From NCBI GenBank assembly GCA_020696385.1, contig JAEHCQ010000001.1:256001-320000 (forward strand): a stretch of DNA of 64,000 nt. The letters run 5' to 3'. The position numbers and the translations under genes were made by a program. The notes under the pieces are model-generated. The model searched no databases and was not told the DNA's origin. It saw nothing but the letters and a program-made list of their open reading frames with translations. Shown here piece after piece: positions 18,840 to 30,700 of this stretch (position 1 is its first letter; the number at the start of each line of letters is the position of its first letter). Source of the DNA: Methanobacteriota archaeon. GTDB taxonomy: Archaea > Thermoplasmatota > Thermoplasmata > SG8-5 > JAGLSY01.

Positions 18840-19016
18840 TTATATATCTCTTTTTGGCCGGCTGCATATGGCATATTCATCGCCATCGAAGAATACCTCT
18901 AGATCAGGATTGTCTGCTTGAAGATCCTGAATCTTCTCCATGACCACTCTCAATGTCATGTCTGGGTCGTTCTTGTCTATCTTGAGGTGTATTTCTTTCT
19001 CCATCAACAGCACCAT
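18840..19016 (-). CDS. Small hypothetical protein
   Basis: Co-oriented with hypB, 18 nt gap; FFDGDEYAICSR motif; start probably 19016 or 19004. Confidence 0.55.
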   Translation of the reverse strand: MVLLMEKEIHLKIDKNDPDMTLRVVMEKIQDLQADNPDLEVFFDGDEYAICSRPKRDI

Positions 19017-19217
19017 TACAATTTCTCGTACTACCAGAATAAGTGAATTTGGGCTATTTATATCTTTCCACATGGAGCTTGCTCTATCGGTGGATGATCC
19101 TCAAGGCCTATTCGATGGGACATTGGTGTACAAGTAGGTTATCTACAGAATACCTATTTATAAGCGAAAATCGATTTGATAGGTAATTACTAGATAATAG
19201 AAGATGGAGGAGAAAAC

Positions 19218-22200
19218 ATGTTAGGAGATAGAGCAGCAAATATGGGCAAGTTGATAGTTATCATTTTGAGTTTGATGATGGTGATACCATTTACCAACTT
19301 TGAAACATCAGAGAACGTAAGTGCGGGAGAGGTACTCACTGACATAACTGGAGCGACCAGAGCACATGGATTGGGTTATGACGGTAGTGGAATTACCATA
19401 GCGGAATCAGGTACTGGCCTTGATACAGGGGACAATGCCACCCTATTCATGGAATTCGCAGGGAGAGTTGACCATTGGGTTGACTGGACCGAAACAGACA
19501 CATCAGATGGAGTGGCTGAGGATTCATATGGTATGAGCACTCCATTTTTCAGCTGGATGGTTGGAGATGGATCCAGTGGTCAGTTCGATCCTGTTGATGG
19601 GAAACTCTACGGCATGGGCATGGCACCCGGAGCCCGCATAGTGAACGAGCGGGTCTTCGGCGATGGTGCAGCATGGTTCAATGGAGATATCGCGGATGTC
19701 TTTACGGATGCCAGCGAGAAAGGTGTCTTTGCTTTGACGAATTCATGGGGAGGCGGGACCATATACGAATATGCTCTCAATTCCAATAAGGTAGATACAG
19801 CAGCTAGAGATGCACAACCTGCAGTGCCAGGGGATCAGCCACTTCTCAACTTCATGGCCTGTGGCAACAATGACCTAATGGAAAGTGCCTGTGCCAAGAA
19901 CGGGATAACCATAGCTGTGGGCGAAGGATACAAACCTCACAAGAGTCTGGATGCAGATAATATTGAAGAGCTATGGGGAACTTCCGCAAGCGGATTTACA
20001 GCTGATGGAAGGATAAAACCAGACATAGCAGCCCCAGCCACATGGGGTGCTGGTGTGACCTCTCATGTTCCAGGTGCAGTCACAGGGCAAGAGGCGATAA
20101 ATGCAGATTATCAGTATAACAGTGGTTCAGGAGGCTCTGCAGCAATTGGCTGTGGTGCATCCGCAGTCTTTGCTCAGTATTATAATGATATAAATGGAGC
20201 CATACCAAGTCCAGCAATGACCAGAAATGCCATGATCAATGGAGCAACTGATATGGGAACTGCCGATATTCCGAACGCTGACGAGGGGTGGGGCAGATTG
20301 AACCTGACCAATATGATCCAGCCAGGATTCGATATTTATTATGATGATCAGAATATTCTTCTTGAGACTGGAACCAGCCAATTGTATGATACTATCTTCA
20401 TCAACAGTGTCGCACAGCCATTGAAGATCTCTTTGACATGGACAGACGTAGCCGCACCCTCGAACACAAATGCTGGAAAGGCCCTGATAAATGATATAGA
20501 TATGACAGTTATCTCTCCAAGTGGCCTGGTATACAGCAGTAACCTGTTTGTCGGGGGATGGTCAATAGCCTCCATACCATTGACAGACACGGCCAATAAT
20601 GTTGAGTGTGTCTATGTCCAGGCACCCGAGATCGGCCAGTGGAGGATATACGTCAATGGAACAGACATCCAGCAGGACTCTGTCTCAGCTACACCAGCTA
20701 CCGACCAGGACTATGCCCTCGTGGTAAGCGGAAGCTTCGATATTGGTGGCGGGCCAGTTGCCTCTGGGTATGCTGATCCCAACCCAACAAATGGCGCAAC
20801 CACCACAACAGTTTACACATCTTTCTCCGACATACAAAACGTGGTAGATGCAGAATATTTCATTGACGCTGTAGGAGCGGATGGAACTGGCACTTTGATT
20901 ACACCAACGGACGGAGCCTATAACAGCCCCAATGAGGACGGATATGCCGCAATAGACATATCTGCTGAAGGCTGGCTACCTGGAGAGATCCATACGATCT
21001 ACGTGCATGCACTGGATTCAGATGCCAATTGGGGAAATATCTATTCCATCACCATATACGTGGGTACTCAATATTACCTACACGTGGAGAACTCGATAGG
21101 ATCGGATTTGAGCCTTCAGAAGATCGAACCCGATCAACCAGTCGTGGTCTGGACCACGACTGGAGCAGTACCGGCACCCGGGCAATACCAAATAGGAACT
21201 GTTGCCTGGATGACAGATGCATATGCACAAGACACAGATATTGGGGGTGACTGGCATTTCTTCATAGATGGCGGTATCACCACAGATGATATCTCAGGAA
21301 CCCTGTATGCGAAGGTTTACGAGTATGGCACAATGACATTGCTTAATCCAACACCAACGCAATGCTCGACCGATGTAGCTGGCAGATATCCAATAATGGA
21401 ATTCACCTGGACAGATACCATACCTGCGGCCACAATATCCGCAGGTGATCGTGTATTTGTTGAGATCTGGCTGGATGCAACTGCGGGAGGGGGCGGAGCA
21501 GGCTCTTCTACCTATGATTACGTAGGAGATACAGAGGCAACACCTCCAGATTATGGATATTTCATGGACACTAACTCTTGCTCACTGGGGACTGGTCCAG
21601 ATTACAACTCGGCTCCTGAGTTCACCGATGCACAGTACATATCTGCATCGACCTCGAATGATAACTGGGCTGTCTCTGTTGATCCTGGCAACCAGGATGA
21701 GATATTCATATGGAACTCGATGGAAGTGCTGGACGATCCAGCTTATATCACCCAGATAGACCTTACCTTTGAAGGACAGGGCGATGATGACAGTGATTTC
21801 CAGATATGGGTGGAGAGACAGGCAGGAGGTGCATACTGGGAGACCGTTGGCACCAGCATGTTCGCCTCTGCCAATACAGACATAACCTTGACGAGAAGTA
21901 TAACTGTTAACCCTGGCGATTATATTGCCAGTAATAGAATAAGATGGGGTGTTTATGAGACCACATCGAGAATGGTGGTGAGTGCTGACCTTCTGGAAGC
22001 TGTTGTGCATTATGATAAGCCAGCTCCAGAGTTCATGCTTGGTTATGACAATGATTCGACACCATCAAGATTGATAATCCCTGAGGCTTCAGGGATTATC
22101 ACACCGGGGCCTGATCCATACAATATAACCATATCCGACCCGGCAGGTCCATGGCCAGCCTGGAGGTTCATTTCCTTCCCAACAAGCATCAGTGTTTCAG

Positions 22201-23384
22201 CGGCCACGATCCTGGATGATTCACTCCATGCATGGGGAGATGCGGGGATCACATGGGATGAATTGAAATGGTATGACCCTACAGACACCACAAGGCACTG
22301 GAAGACCTTCAATAAGGATTTCCCAGGAGCACCGAGCATGCCAGATCTTGACAATACCATGGGTCTATGGATACACATCACTGGCAATACGGGTGACCAA
22401 TACCTGACATTAGGTATTAGCGGTGACGATCCTCTCGATGCGGAGTTCATGCTATATGCTGGCTGGAATCTAATTGGATATCCATCACTCACCCCACAGC
22501 TGGCATCCGACACCTTGCCAGCTCAGGTGACGAAGATGGCATATTATGACATCGCCCAGCCCTATACGATCACGGATACTGTGGCACTCGACACGGTGAT
22601 GATGGCAGAAGGAAATGCATACTGGGTCTATTCAGCCTCCGATGTATTGTGGCAGGTGGATGCTCCAGCAGTTGTTCCAGATCCATACCCCGTAGTCGGA
22701 GTGGTACAACTTTATGATGGATGGTCCGGCGGCTTCTACAATCCAATGACATCCAGTGGAGGAGCCACTGTCGATGTGACATGGTTCGACAGAGGCCTGG
22801 GAGCGTGGAACACGATCTTCACAGTCACCAATGCTATTGGCCAGTACAGCGTGGATATCACGAATTACTGGGATGGCGATGTGGTATTCGTCAATGCCAC
22901 CTTCGATGCCACATACGGCAATAATGGCTACAATTACACCTATGTCAATGTAGGTATGGGTATGTCCATGCAGAATGTGGTTTGCGGTGTTCCTTATCAG
23001 CTTATGATCATCAATCCCATGGACGGTAGCTTCCAAACAGCAGGAGTTCCCTTCCCGGCGGAATATGTATTCCTGGACATAGATGGGATGATAGCACAGG
23101 GTTATTTCGAATGGGGTGATGGATTGATGGACTGGTATTCCAGTGATCCACTATTTGTCTCACCCGTACCTGGATTACCTTTCGATGGAACCAATAGTAT
23201 GTTCCCTGGAATGGGAGGTGCTACCCTGACCCTCTGGAACTTTGGCTTCCAGACCATCGAGATCTACGAGGGCTTCCCCCCAGGAAATAATTACCTAACA
23301 CCATGGGGAGAGTTCTACACAGATCCTGCTGGAACCATACCAGGATGGATGTCTGACTGGAGTATGATAATGGTCATGGTCTAA
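19218..23384 (+). CDS. Secreted S8 subtilase-like pseudoprotease, modular
   Basis: Signal peptide; S8 fold motifs (NSWG, GRIKPDIAAP, GWGR) but catalytic D/H/S replaced; SD GGAGG. Confidence 0.85.
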   Translation: MLGDRAANMGKLIVIILSLMMVIPFTNFETSENVSAGEVLTDITGATRAHGLGYDGSGITIAESGTGLDTGDNATLFMEFAGRVDHWVDWTETDTSDGVAEDSYGMSTPFFSWMVGDGSSGQFDPVDGKLYGMGMAPGARIVNERVFGDGAAWFNGDIADVFTDASEKGVFALTNSWGGGTIYEYALNSNKVDTAARDAQPAVPGDQPLLNFMACGNNDLMESACAKNGITIAVGEGYKPHKSLDADNIEELWGTSASGFTADGRIKPDIAAPATWGAGVTSHVPGAVTGQEAINADYQYNSGSGGSAAIGCGASAVFAQYYNDINGAIPSPAMTRNAMINGATDMGTADIPNADEGWGRLNLTNMIQPGFDIYYDDQNILLETGTSQLYDTIFINSVAQPLKISLTWTDVAAPSNTNAGKALINDIDMTVISPSGLVYSSNLFVGGWSIASIPLTDTANNVECVYVQAPEIGQWRIYVNGTDIQQDSVSATPATDQDYALVVSGSFDIGGGPVASGYADPNPTNGATTTTVYTSFSDIQNVVDAEYFIDAVGADGTGTLITPTDGAYNSPNEDGYAAIDISAEGWLPGEIHTIYVHALDSDANWGNIYSITIYVGTQYYLHVENSIGSDLSLQKIEPDQPVVVWTTTGAVPAPGQYQIGTVAWMTDAYAQDTDIGGDWHFFIDGGITTDDISGTLYAKVYEYGTMTLLNPTPTQCSTDVAGRYPIMEFTWTDTIPAATISAGDRVFVEIWLDATAGGGGAGSSTYDYVGDTEATPPDYGYFMDTNSCSLGTGPDYNSAPEFTDAQYISASTSNDNWAVSVDPGNQDEIFIWNSMEVLDDPAYITQIDLTFEGQGDDDSDFQIWVERQAGGAYWETVGTSMFASANTDITLTRSITVNPGDYIASNRIRWGVYETTSRMVVSADLLEAVVHYDKPAPEFMLGYDNDSTPSRLIIPEASGIITPGPDPYNITISDPAGPWPAWRFISFPTSISVSAATILDDSLHAWGDAGITWDELKWYDPTDTTRHWKTFNKDFPGAPSMPDLDNTMGLWIHITGNTGDQYLTLGISGDDPLDAEFMLYAGWNLIGYPSLTPQLASDTLPAQVTKMAYYDIAQPYTITDTVALDTVMMAEGNAYWVYSASDVLWQVDAPAVVPDPYPVVGVVQLYDGWSGGFYNPMTSSGGATVDVTWFDRGLGAWNTIFTVTNAIGQYSVDITNYWDGDVVFVNATFDATYGNNGYNYTYVNVGMGMSMQNVVCGVPYQLMIINPMDGSFQTAGVPFPAEYVFLDIDGMIAQGYFEWGDGLMDWYSSDPLFVSPVPGLPFDGTNSMFPGMGGATLTLWNFGFQTIEIYEGFPPGNNYLTPWGEFYTDPAGTIPGWMSDWSMIMVMV

Positions 23385-23414
23385 GGCCATAGTTTGAATA
23401 TCGAACATCTCCAA

Positions 23415-23452
23415 AAGGCTGGCTATCTACCGGCCAGCCTTATCTCTTTTTT
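23415..23452 (+). terminator. Hairpin plus T-tract
   Basis: AAGGCTGGC/GCCAGCCTT followed by TTTTTT. Confidence 0.65.
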
Positions 23453-23601
23453 ACCATATACCTCTGGTAAGAATGAAATGATCTTAGCTTGATAAGCAAT
23501 ATACAATTTGAATACAACAATTGTAACAATATGCATCAATGCAACAATAGTATGTATCAATATGTGGGATTAGTATTATATAATTAGCAATCATTAAACT
23601 T

Positions 23602-26600
23602 ATGGAAATAGTGGAGATGAAATTGATGGAAATAATGGGCAACAGATTTTTGGGCTTGATATTTATAGCTGTGATATCAATTAGTTTACTGATACCAGCA
23701 AGCTCGATCACTTTAGCAGATGTGAGCACGGATGATGGATATTTCTTGGTTAGTTTTTCAGAATTACCAAATGCCGACCAGAGGAATTTCATAGAGAGCT
23801 CGGGTATCGAATTCCTGAACTACATGAACGATGGTACCTATCTGGTCAAGAGCAATGGAAATATACTATCCAATGGGCCTCTTATGGCTTATTCAGATGG
23901 TTTTCAACCATATACCGCTTCAATGAAGATCAACCCAGATCTGAATGGAATGTCTGGCATGACCAATGTCATAGTGGCTCTGCATGAAGAAGCAGGAATA
24001 CCCGGAGCAATAACATCTTTAGAAGAATTGGGAGCCAGTGATATCAAGATCAATACAGGTTCCTTCGCATACCTAAGATGCACGATTGACGCATCCAGGA
24101 TCAATTTGATCGCAGATATCCAAGAGGTCAGCGTTGTTGGCCATGATGCTGAGCCAGTGGCCTTTATGGATCTAATTACATCCAATACATTCATGGGACA
24201 GGATACCACCGAGGCAGCGGGATTCACCGGTGCAGGTATACTGGCAGAAGTTCAGGACAATGGAATAGACATTGGCCACCCGGATCTCGCCAATGTCATA
24301 TACACAGATGGATCTGTATCGGATGATGATCATGGCACCTGTACCTCAGGTATCGTCTTCGGAAATGGAGATGGTGATATCAGAGCACTTGGAATTGCCT
24401 ATGAATCAGTCGGAGTTTTCTCGGACTGGGGAACTGGAAGATACACTTCCATTGAAAATCTCTGGAATGGTGATTTCAATGAAGGAAGTGCCGGGATGAA
24501 CGGTGTCGTCCAATCAAATTCATGGAGCTCCGGAACACAGGATGGACTTTATCAGATAAATGCTGCAGCGGATGATCAGGCAGCAGTGGATTATCCAAAA
24601 GTTCTATCTCTCTGGGCAAACGGTAATGGCAATGATGGGACCGCAGAGGGGGATCTCAGCGAGGATGCCTGCGCCAAGAATGTCATGGCAATAGGAGCGA
24701 TATTCCATAAGGACACCGCGAACATGGTGGATGATGAGTGGCTTTTGCAATCTCAGGGAAATACACCTTCAAGAGGCCCAGCCGCAGATGGTAGACAGAA
24801 GCCAGAGATGTGCGCGCCCTTTGACTGGATCTACACAGTGGACAACAGGGTCGGTGGCTATGCCACTGGTGATTATTATGATAATTTCGGCGGAACAAGC
24901 GGCGCGACGCCCATCGTAGCTGGCTCAACCGTAATCGCCTATGATATGTGGCAGGCGGATTTCTTTGATACAAATCCAACAGGAGAACTTCCTTATGCAA
25001 GCACGATGAAGGCCCTCATGGTGGCCGATGCACATCAATATGCATTGACAGAAGCAACAAGGAATGAACAGGGCTGGGGCACACCAGACATGGAGAACAT
25101 GTATAATCGTGGAGCTGATTACCACCAGATAGATGAATACCCACAGGCATTGGATTCTGGCGATATGTACAGCCGCCAGGTATTCAGTGATGGGACACTT
25201 TCTCTGAAAATATCACTTGCCTGGACAGACCCTGCCGCACTTGGGACCACCAATGCAGCCAGGGCATTGATCAATAACTTAGACCTGAAGGTCATATCAC
25301 CAGGCGGTGTGGAATATTATGGTAACAACGGCCTATGGACAAGCCTTTACTCCGCTTCCGGAACTGGAGCGAACCAGTGGGGCTCGGATCACAGGGATGA
25401 CCTGAACAATCTGGAAAATGTATTCATCGAGAACCCACAAACCGGTATATGGACCATCGAAGTATATGGACGAACTGGGGACATCGCTCAGGGACCACAG
25501 GATTTCTCAATTGTAGCATCAGGTGGAAAGATACCAATTACATCACAAGGAATGATCCAGCTGGATGCGGAGATATATGCTGGTGAGGACTCAGCAACTA
25601 TCACGCTCATGGATTCTGACCTTAATACAAATACAAATTCAGTAGAGACCAAGATCATCAATGTGGACAGTGATTCGGAACCAGTAGGCGAAAATATTCT
25701 GTTGACAGAAACTGGTCAGGATACTGGCATGTTCGAGGGAACATTAACATTATCAGCGACAAACTCAGCCGGAGTTTTGCAAGTATCGGATGCTGATACC
25801 ATTACCGCGACCTACAATGATGCAGATGATGGATCTGGGCCTGCCACGGTCACAGATACAGCCATCATAGATGCAGGAGTAGCAGCGATCAGTGGATTGA
25901 CAGTAGAATGGTGGGGATTGACTAATACAGAAGACATGGCATCTGATGTCTCTATCGTAAGGGGAACTGAGGTCAATGATCTCTCATTCACCTATATCCA
26001 GGATGATTCATATCATCAATTGGTGGAAGTAACAGCAGGTGGCGGTGGCAGGAAGAATCTTGATTTCCAATACACCATCAATATAGATCCAACCGGAGTT
26101 GGGCCCTACACCATCTACATGGATTCATACACGACAGGCGAAGCTTTTACAGCAACCTACAGCACCAATGGAGGAGCAAATTGGGGATCATTAGGTGTCA
26201 TTACAGCGACCTCTGATACAGATACATACGATGTTTGGCCAATAACAGCCAGTGCTGGAGACGAGGTTCTTATTGATATAACCGGAACCACTCAATCTGG
26301 AGAAGTTGTCGATCAGCTTTACACGGATCATCTTTTCATATTGGGTGGAAGTGCAAGCAACCCAACCGACCATAACACACTCAACTGGACATTGTCCGGA
26401 GATGATGGTGCAGGAGCAAATGATGTAATCCAGTACAATATTTACAGAGCCAATAATTCAGTTGGTCCATGGGGTGCAGGATTTTACATAGACAGTGTAC
26501 CTGCTGGAGAATCCACATACACGGATATTGACAAAGGAATCCCAGATGGGATCCAGTGGTGGTACGTGGTCAGAGCTGAAGACCTTCTAACCAATGAAGA

Positions 26601-27507
26601 TACCAACACAATTGCAGTGCCAGAGCCCGGCTCAGTACCCGATTCGGCACCGATCTCTTCAGCATCCTACGCTGGCGCGTCACCAACATCCAATAACCCG
26701 GTTACGATTAATTGGGCAGCCGCTGATGACAATGACCTAATACAGGTCGAATTGTTCTACAGACATGATGGTGGAGCATACGCATCTTGGACAGACGGCA
26801 CCAACCCGGCAACTGCGACAGGAACCGCGGACAGTGGTTCCTGGAGCTTTGACTTCCCGGATGGAGCTGGAACATACGACTTATACACCAGAGCGTCGGA
26901 TGATATGCCACAGACTGAGACCGCACCCGGATCACCAGATGTCACTATCCAGTATAATCCAGTACAGAATTATGACTTTGACCTTGCTGGAGCATCAGAT
27001 GGTTCATGGATATTTGTATCATTCCCATTGGATATAACGGGAGATGTCCTGACCATCATAGATGATGCGACATGGGGAGATGGCGACACGACCTGGGAGG
27101 TCATCCACTGGTACAACCCGAGTGAGGTAGATCATTGGAAGACCTATGACAAGGCACAGGCAGCAGCTGGAATAACCCAGGATATGCCGACCATTGACAA
27201 TTCCATGGGAATGTGGATAAAGATCACAACCTCTGGAACTGTATTGACAGCTGGAGAGGGATTCGAATCTGCAAGCACGAACATCGATCTAAAGGCTGGT
27301 TGGAACCTTGTTGGTTACCCAGCACAGGATGATTCAACCTACGATGTGAATGACCTGATAGCCGCAACTGGAGCGACCAAAGTTGAGGGATATGGAGGTG
27401 CTGGACCTTATGACATCTCGGCTCTGGGAGGGAATTATATCCTACAGCGTGGAGAAGCCTACTGGATCAATGTGCCAGCAGACATAACCTGGACTGTCAA
27501 CTGGTAA
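23602..27507 (+). CDS. Secreted S8 serine protease with propeptide, FN3/Ig modules and Trp-rich C-terminal domain
   Basis: EVQDNG, DDHGT, ANGN, GGTSGATP; true start may be 23617 or 23626. Confidence 0.92.
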   Translation: MEIVEMKLMEIMGNRFLGLIFIAVISISLLIPASSITLADVSTDDGYFLVSFSELPNADQRNFIESSGIEFLNYMNDGTYLVKSNGNILSNGPLMAYSDGFQPYTASMKINPDLNGMSGMTNVIVALHEEAGIPGAITSLEELGASDIKINTGSFAYLRCTIDASRINLIADIQEVSVVGHDAEPVAFMDLITSNTFMGQDTTEAAGFTGAGILAEVQDNGIDIGHPDLANVIYTDGSVSDDDHGTCTSGIVFGNGDGDIRALGIAYESVGVFSDWGTGRYTSIENLWNGDFNEGSAGMNGVVQSNSWSSGTQDGLYQINAAADDQAAVDYPKVLSLWANGNGNDGTAEGDLSEDACAKNVMAIGAIFHKDTANMVDDEWLLQSQGNTPSRGPAADGRQKPEMCAPFDWIYTVDNRVGGYATGDYYDNFGGTSGATPIVAGSTVIAYDMWQADFFDTNPTGELPYASTMKALMVADAHQYALTEATRNEQGWGTPDMENMYNRGADYHQIDEYPQALDSGDMYSRQVFSDGTLSLKISLAWTDPAALGTTNAARALINNLDLKVISPGGVEYYGNNGLWTSLYSASGTGANQWGSDHRDDLNNLENVFIENPQTGIWTIEVYGRTGDIAQGPQDFSIVASGGKIPITSQGMIQLDAEIYAGEDSATITLMDSDLNTNTNSVETKIINVDSDSEPVGENILLTETGQDTGMFEGTLTLSATNSAGVLQVSDADTITATYNDADDGSGPATVTDTAIIDAGVAAISGLTVEWWGLTNTEDMASDVSIVRGTEVNDLSFTYIQDDSYHQLVEVTAGGGGRKNLDFQYTINIDPTGVGPYTIYMDSYTTGEAFTATYSTNGGANWGSLGVITATSDTDTYDVWPITASAGDEVLIDITGTTQSGEVVDQLYTDHLFILGGSASNPTDHNTLNWTLSGDDGAGANDVIQYNIYRANNSVGPWGAGFYIDSVPAGESTYTDIDKGIPDGIQWWYVVRAEDLLTNEDTNTIAVPEPGSVPDSAPISSASYAGASPTSNNPVTINWAAADDNDLIQVELFYRHDGGAYASWTDGTNPATATGTADSGSWSFDFPDGAGTYDLYTRASDDMPQTETAPGSPDVTIQYNPVQNYDFDLAGASDGSWIFVSFPLDITGDVLTIIDDATWGDGDTTWEVIHWYNPSEVDHWKTYDKAQAAAGITQDMPTIDNSMGMWIKITTSGTVLTAGEGFESASTNIDLKAGWNLVGYPAQDDSTYDVNDLIAATGATKVEGYGGAGPYDISALGGNYILQRGEAYWINVPADITWTVNW
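26614..26956 (+). repeat. Near-identical Ig-like module DNA, copy 1 (partner 30957-31299)
   Basis: Collinear at offset 4343 with long identical stretches such as ACAGGTCGAATTGTTCTACAGACATGATGGTGGAGCATACGCATCTTGGAC. Confidence 0.9.
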
Positions 27508-27524
27508 GCGAGCGAAAGCAAAAT

Positions 27525-27546
27525 GAGAGAGCTTTCGGGCTCTCTC
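27525..27546 (+). terminator. Identical terminator hairpin, copy 1 of 3
   Basis: GAGAGAGC-TTTCGG-GCTCTCTC then T-rich tract; identical at 31871 and 35993. Confidence 0.75.
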
Positions 27547-27743
27547 AAATTTTACATTTTTTATCAAATATTATATCGTATTTATCACGTAATTTAAAAA
27601 GTTATATATACTACATACCAAAAAGCTTAACTATAAATAAATCGATGTGGAATTACAAACATATATACAAATATATACAAAGATCGTTGGAGTGATGTGG
27701 GCAACATTCACTTTATCGTTGGAGAGAATGGAGGAATTCTAAA

Positions 27744-30700
27744 ATGGATAAAATTAGTAACAACTATGTGGGCGTGTTATTATCAATATGCGTAGCTATT
27801 TTTATGTTGATACCTGCTGGAGCAGCAACATCTAGCATGGAAACAGAGGCATTTCAGGGAAAGGAGCATTTCATAATAAATGTGTATGAGCCAGTTGATT
27901 CAAGCTGGATAGATGTATTGGATCAAATGGGCATACAGACCGTGACATACCTTCCAGAAAAAGGATATGAGGCTTTCCTGACATACGACCAGATGGCTCA
28001 GGCAGAGGAACTTGACTTTGTAAAATGCATCAATGAATATCCTGTAGAAGACAAGATCTCAGAGTATCTGGAGGGAGATGAGGTCATCATATCCCTTGTG
28101 AATGCGGGATCGATGCCCAGCAGTTTGCAGGCGATATATGGTCTTATGGATGTATTTGATGAGGATGATACTGCCGCAGGGCACATCATAAAAGGAAGAA
28201 TACTCAATATGAATGACATTAACATAATAGCTGGCTTGGCCGATGTACACTTTATAGAGACCTATTTCCCAGAGCAACTACATGGTGAAATGGGTACCCA
28301 GATCCTCGGTGGCGGTCTATGGCTTTTTGATGATGATGCAGACACGGACACACCGTACAGGGCATTGGGCAACTACGGCTCGCACGTTAACCAGCTTGGA
28401 TGGACAGGTGAAGGCGTAAGAATTGCCATCGCGGATACTGGCGTTGGTGACGGGACCACTGGAGATTCCGGCCACAATGATTTTACCGGACGTGTAGTCG
28501 GAGGTTATGATTTCGGAACTGGTGGCTGGCAGGACAACCACGGCCACGGAACTCATTGTATCGGCCTGGCAGCTGGTGACACCTACAACGGAAACGGTGT
28601 TACTTATGGTGGTTTCGGTCCGTATTATGTGGGCCAGGGACAAGCTCCGGACTCGACAATATACGTTGAACAGATCTTCGAAGGTGCTTCAGGTTCATGG
28701 GTCGGACCAGCAGATTACAGGCAAATCCTTTACGAGAATGGCGGGTCTCAGATCCATACTAATTCCTGGGGTGCGAATACCGGCGGAGCCTACTCTGCAG
28801 CAGACGAGGCTTTTGATGAAGCAATAAGGGATTCAGACGGCGACCCCGTAAACGGAAATCAGCAGATCGTAGTATTCACATCTGCCGGAAATGCTGGCTC
28901 AGGTTTGAATACTATTGGAAGCCCTGGAAATTCCAAGAATATTATAACTGTCGGCGGCACTCAGAACTACGCGCCCGACAGCAGAACCTACGGCGCCGAT
29001 GAATATTCTATTACTTCCATTAACCCGGACACGATGTATTCCAGCAGTTCCAGGGGTTGGACCGATGACGGCCGAATAAAGCCGGACATCGTGACGCCTG
29101 GCCAGAACACATTGTCTCTCAGCAGTCCTCTGGTCGTTGATGGTCTATTCGGTGATTATTCTCAAGATTCACGATACACCTGGTGCACGGGAACAAGCCA
29201 GTCATGTCCGCAGGGAGCCGGTGGAGGCGCTGTAGTATATGGATGGTATCAGGATCCATCAAATTATGGTGTTGAACCAACACCAGCTACCGTAAAGGCA
29301 TTGTTGATCAACACTGCTGTGGACATCGCAACAGCCGACATACCCAATCAGAATGAGGGCTGGGGCAGAATGAACATAATGCCCATAATCGATCAACCAG
29401 CTCCTTTCATGATATTCCAGGATCCCAGTGAGCTGATAACTGATGCCATAGATACCTACACATTCAGCTATGTCAATCCCGCAGAGCCTGTAAAGATCAC
29501 ACTGGCCTACACCGACAGATTCGCTCTGAGCGGCGCGGCAATCACGCTTCAGAACCAGGTCAATTTGGAGGTCGAGTCACCTACTGGCACGATCTACCAC
29601 GGCAATGCTTTCAGCGGTGGATGGTCCACCACTGGCAACCCAAGCGCAACATTTGATACCAATGCTGACGGGTATGATGACAGGAACAATGTGGAATGTG
29701 TTTACCTCAACACTGGCCAGATGGAGATAGGCCAGTACACGGTCAGAATAATAGGAACCAGTGTTCCGGCAGACTGTGACAATGACGGATCCAATGACCA
29801 GGACTATTCACTGGTCATGTACAACTGTGAGGACGTATCAGCCAGGGGAACCGTTGACTTGGATCAGAACGTATATGCTGGAGAAAATTTAGCCACCATA
29901 ACAGTTAGCGACACTGACCTCAACACCAATGGCCTTGTCCAGCAGACCACCATAACTGTAACATCAACATCTGAGCCTGGTGGAGAGAGCGTTACATTGA
30001 CCGAGACCGGTGGCGACACCAGTGTCTTCGTTGGAACACTTACTCTTTCCCAGACCAATGGAGCGGGAATTCTTCTGGTATCACACGATGATGTGATAAC
30101 AGCGACCTATAATGATGCGGATGATGGTACTGGCTCATCCCAAGTGGTGACCGATACCGCGACCGTGGATTCGGGAGTAGCTCCCACCAGCGGACTTACC
30201 GTTGAATGGTGGGCGCCTGCGGCTGGCTCGACCGAGACAAGGTTCATGAGATCGGACGCGGCAACTGTGAATGGATTGACGGGTGATTCCCTCGGAACAT
30301 CACAGAGTGCGGTCACTCAGACAGTGACATTATCAAGTACCAGTACGATCTTTTCAGGAATAAGTGTGTTCTCACGCTCTAGTGGAGGTGCAGAAACCCC
30401 AATATCATCTGGTATCGTCGCTATAGCCAGCACAGGCGGTACAGAAACAGTGAGCGCGACCTGGGATTGCCCACAGACCACAATATCAGACACGGATTCA
30501 ATTGTTGTCAAATGGTATTGTGGTGGAACCAATCCACCTGCCACACTGGTGGAGACCTTCACGACCGAGGTACTGGGTGGAACGCAACTTAGTGCGGCTA
30601 CCTGGACATTCTATTCATACTTATCAGAGAGGAATAATGCAGATAGAGTTTCCTGGGGATCCGCCACCGCTAACACCAGAATAGAGGGATTCACCTGGGC

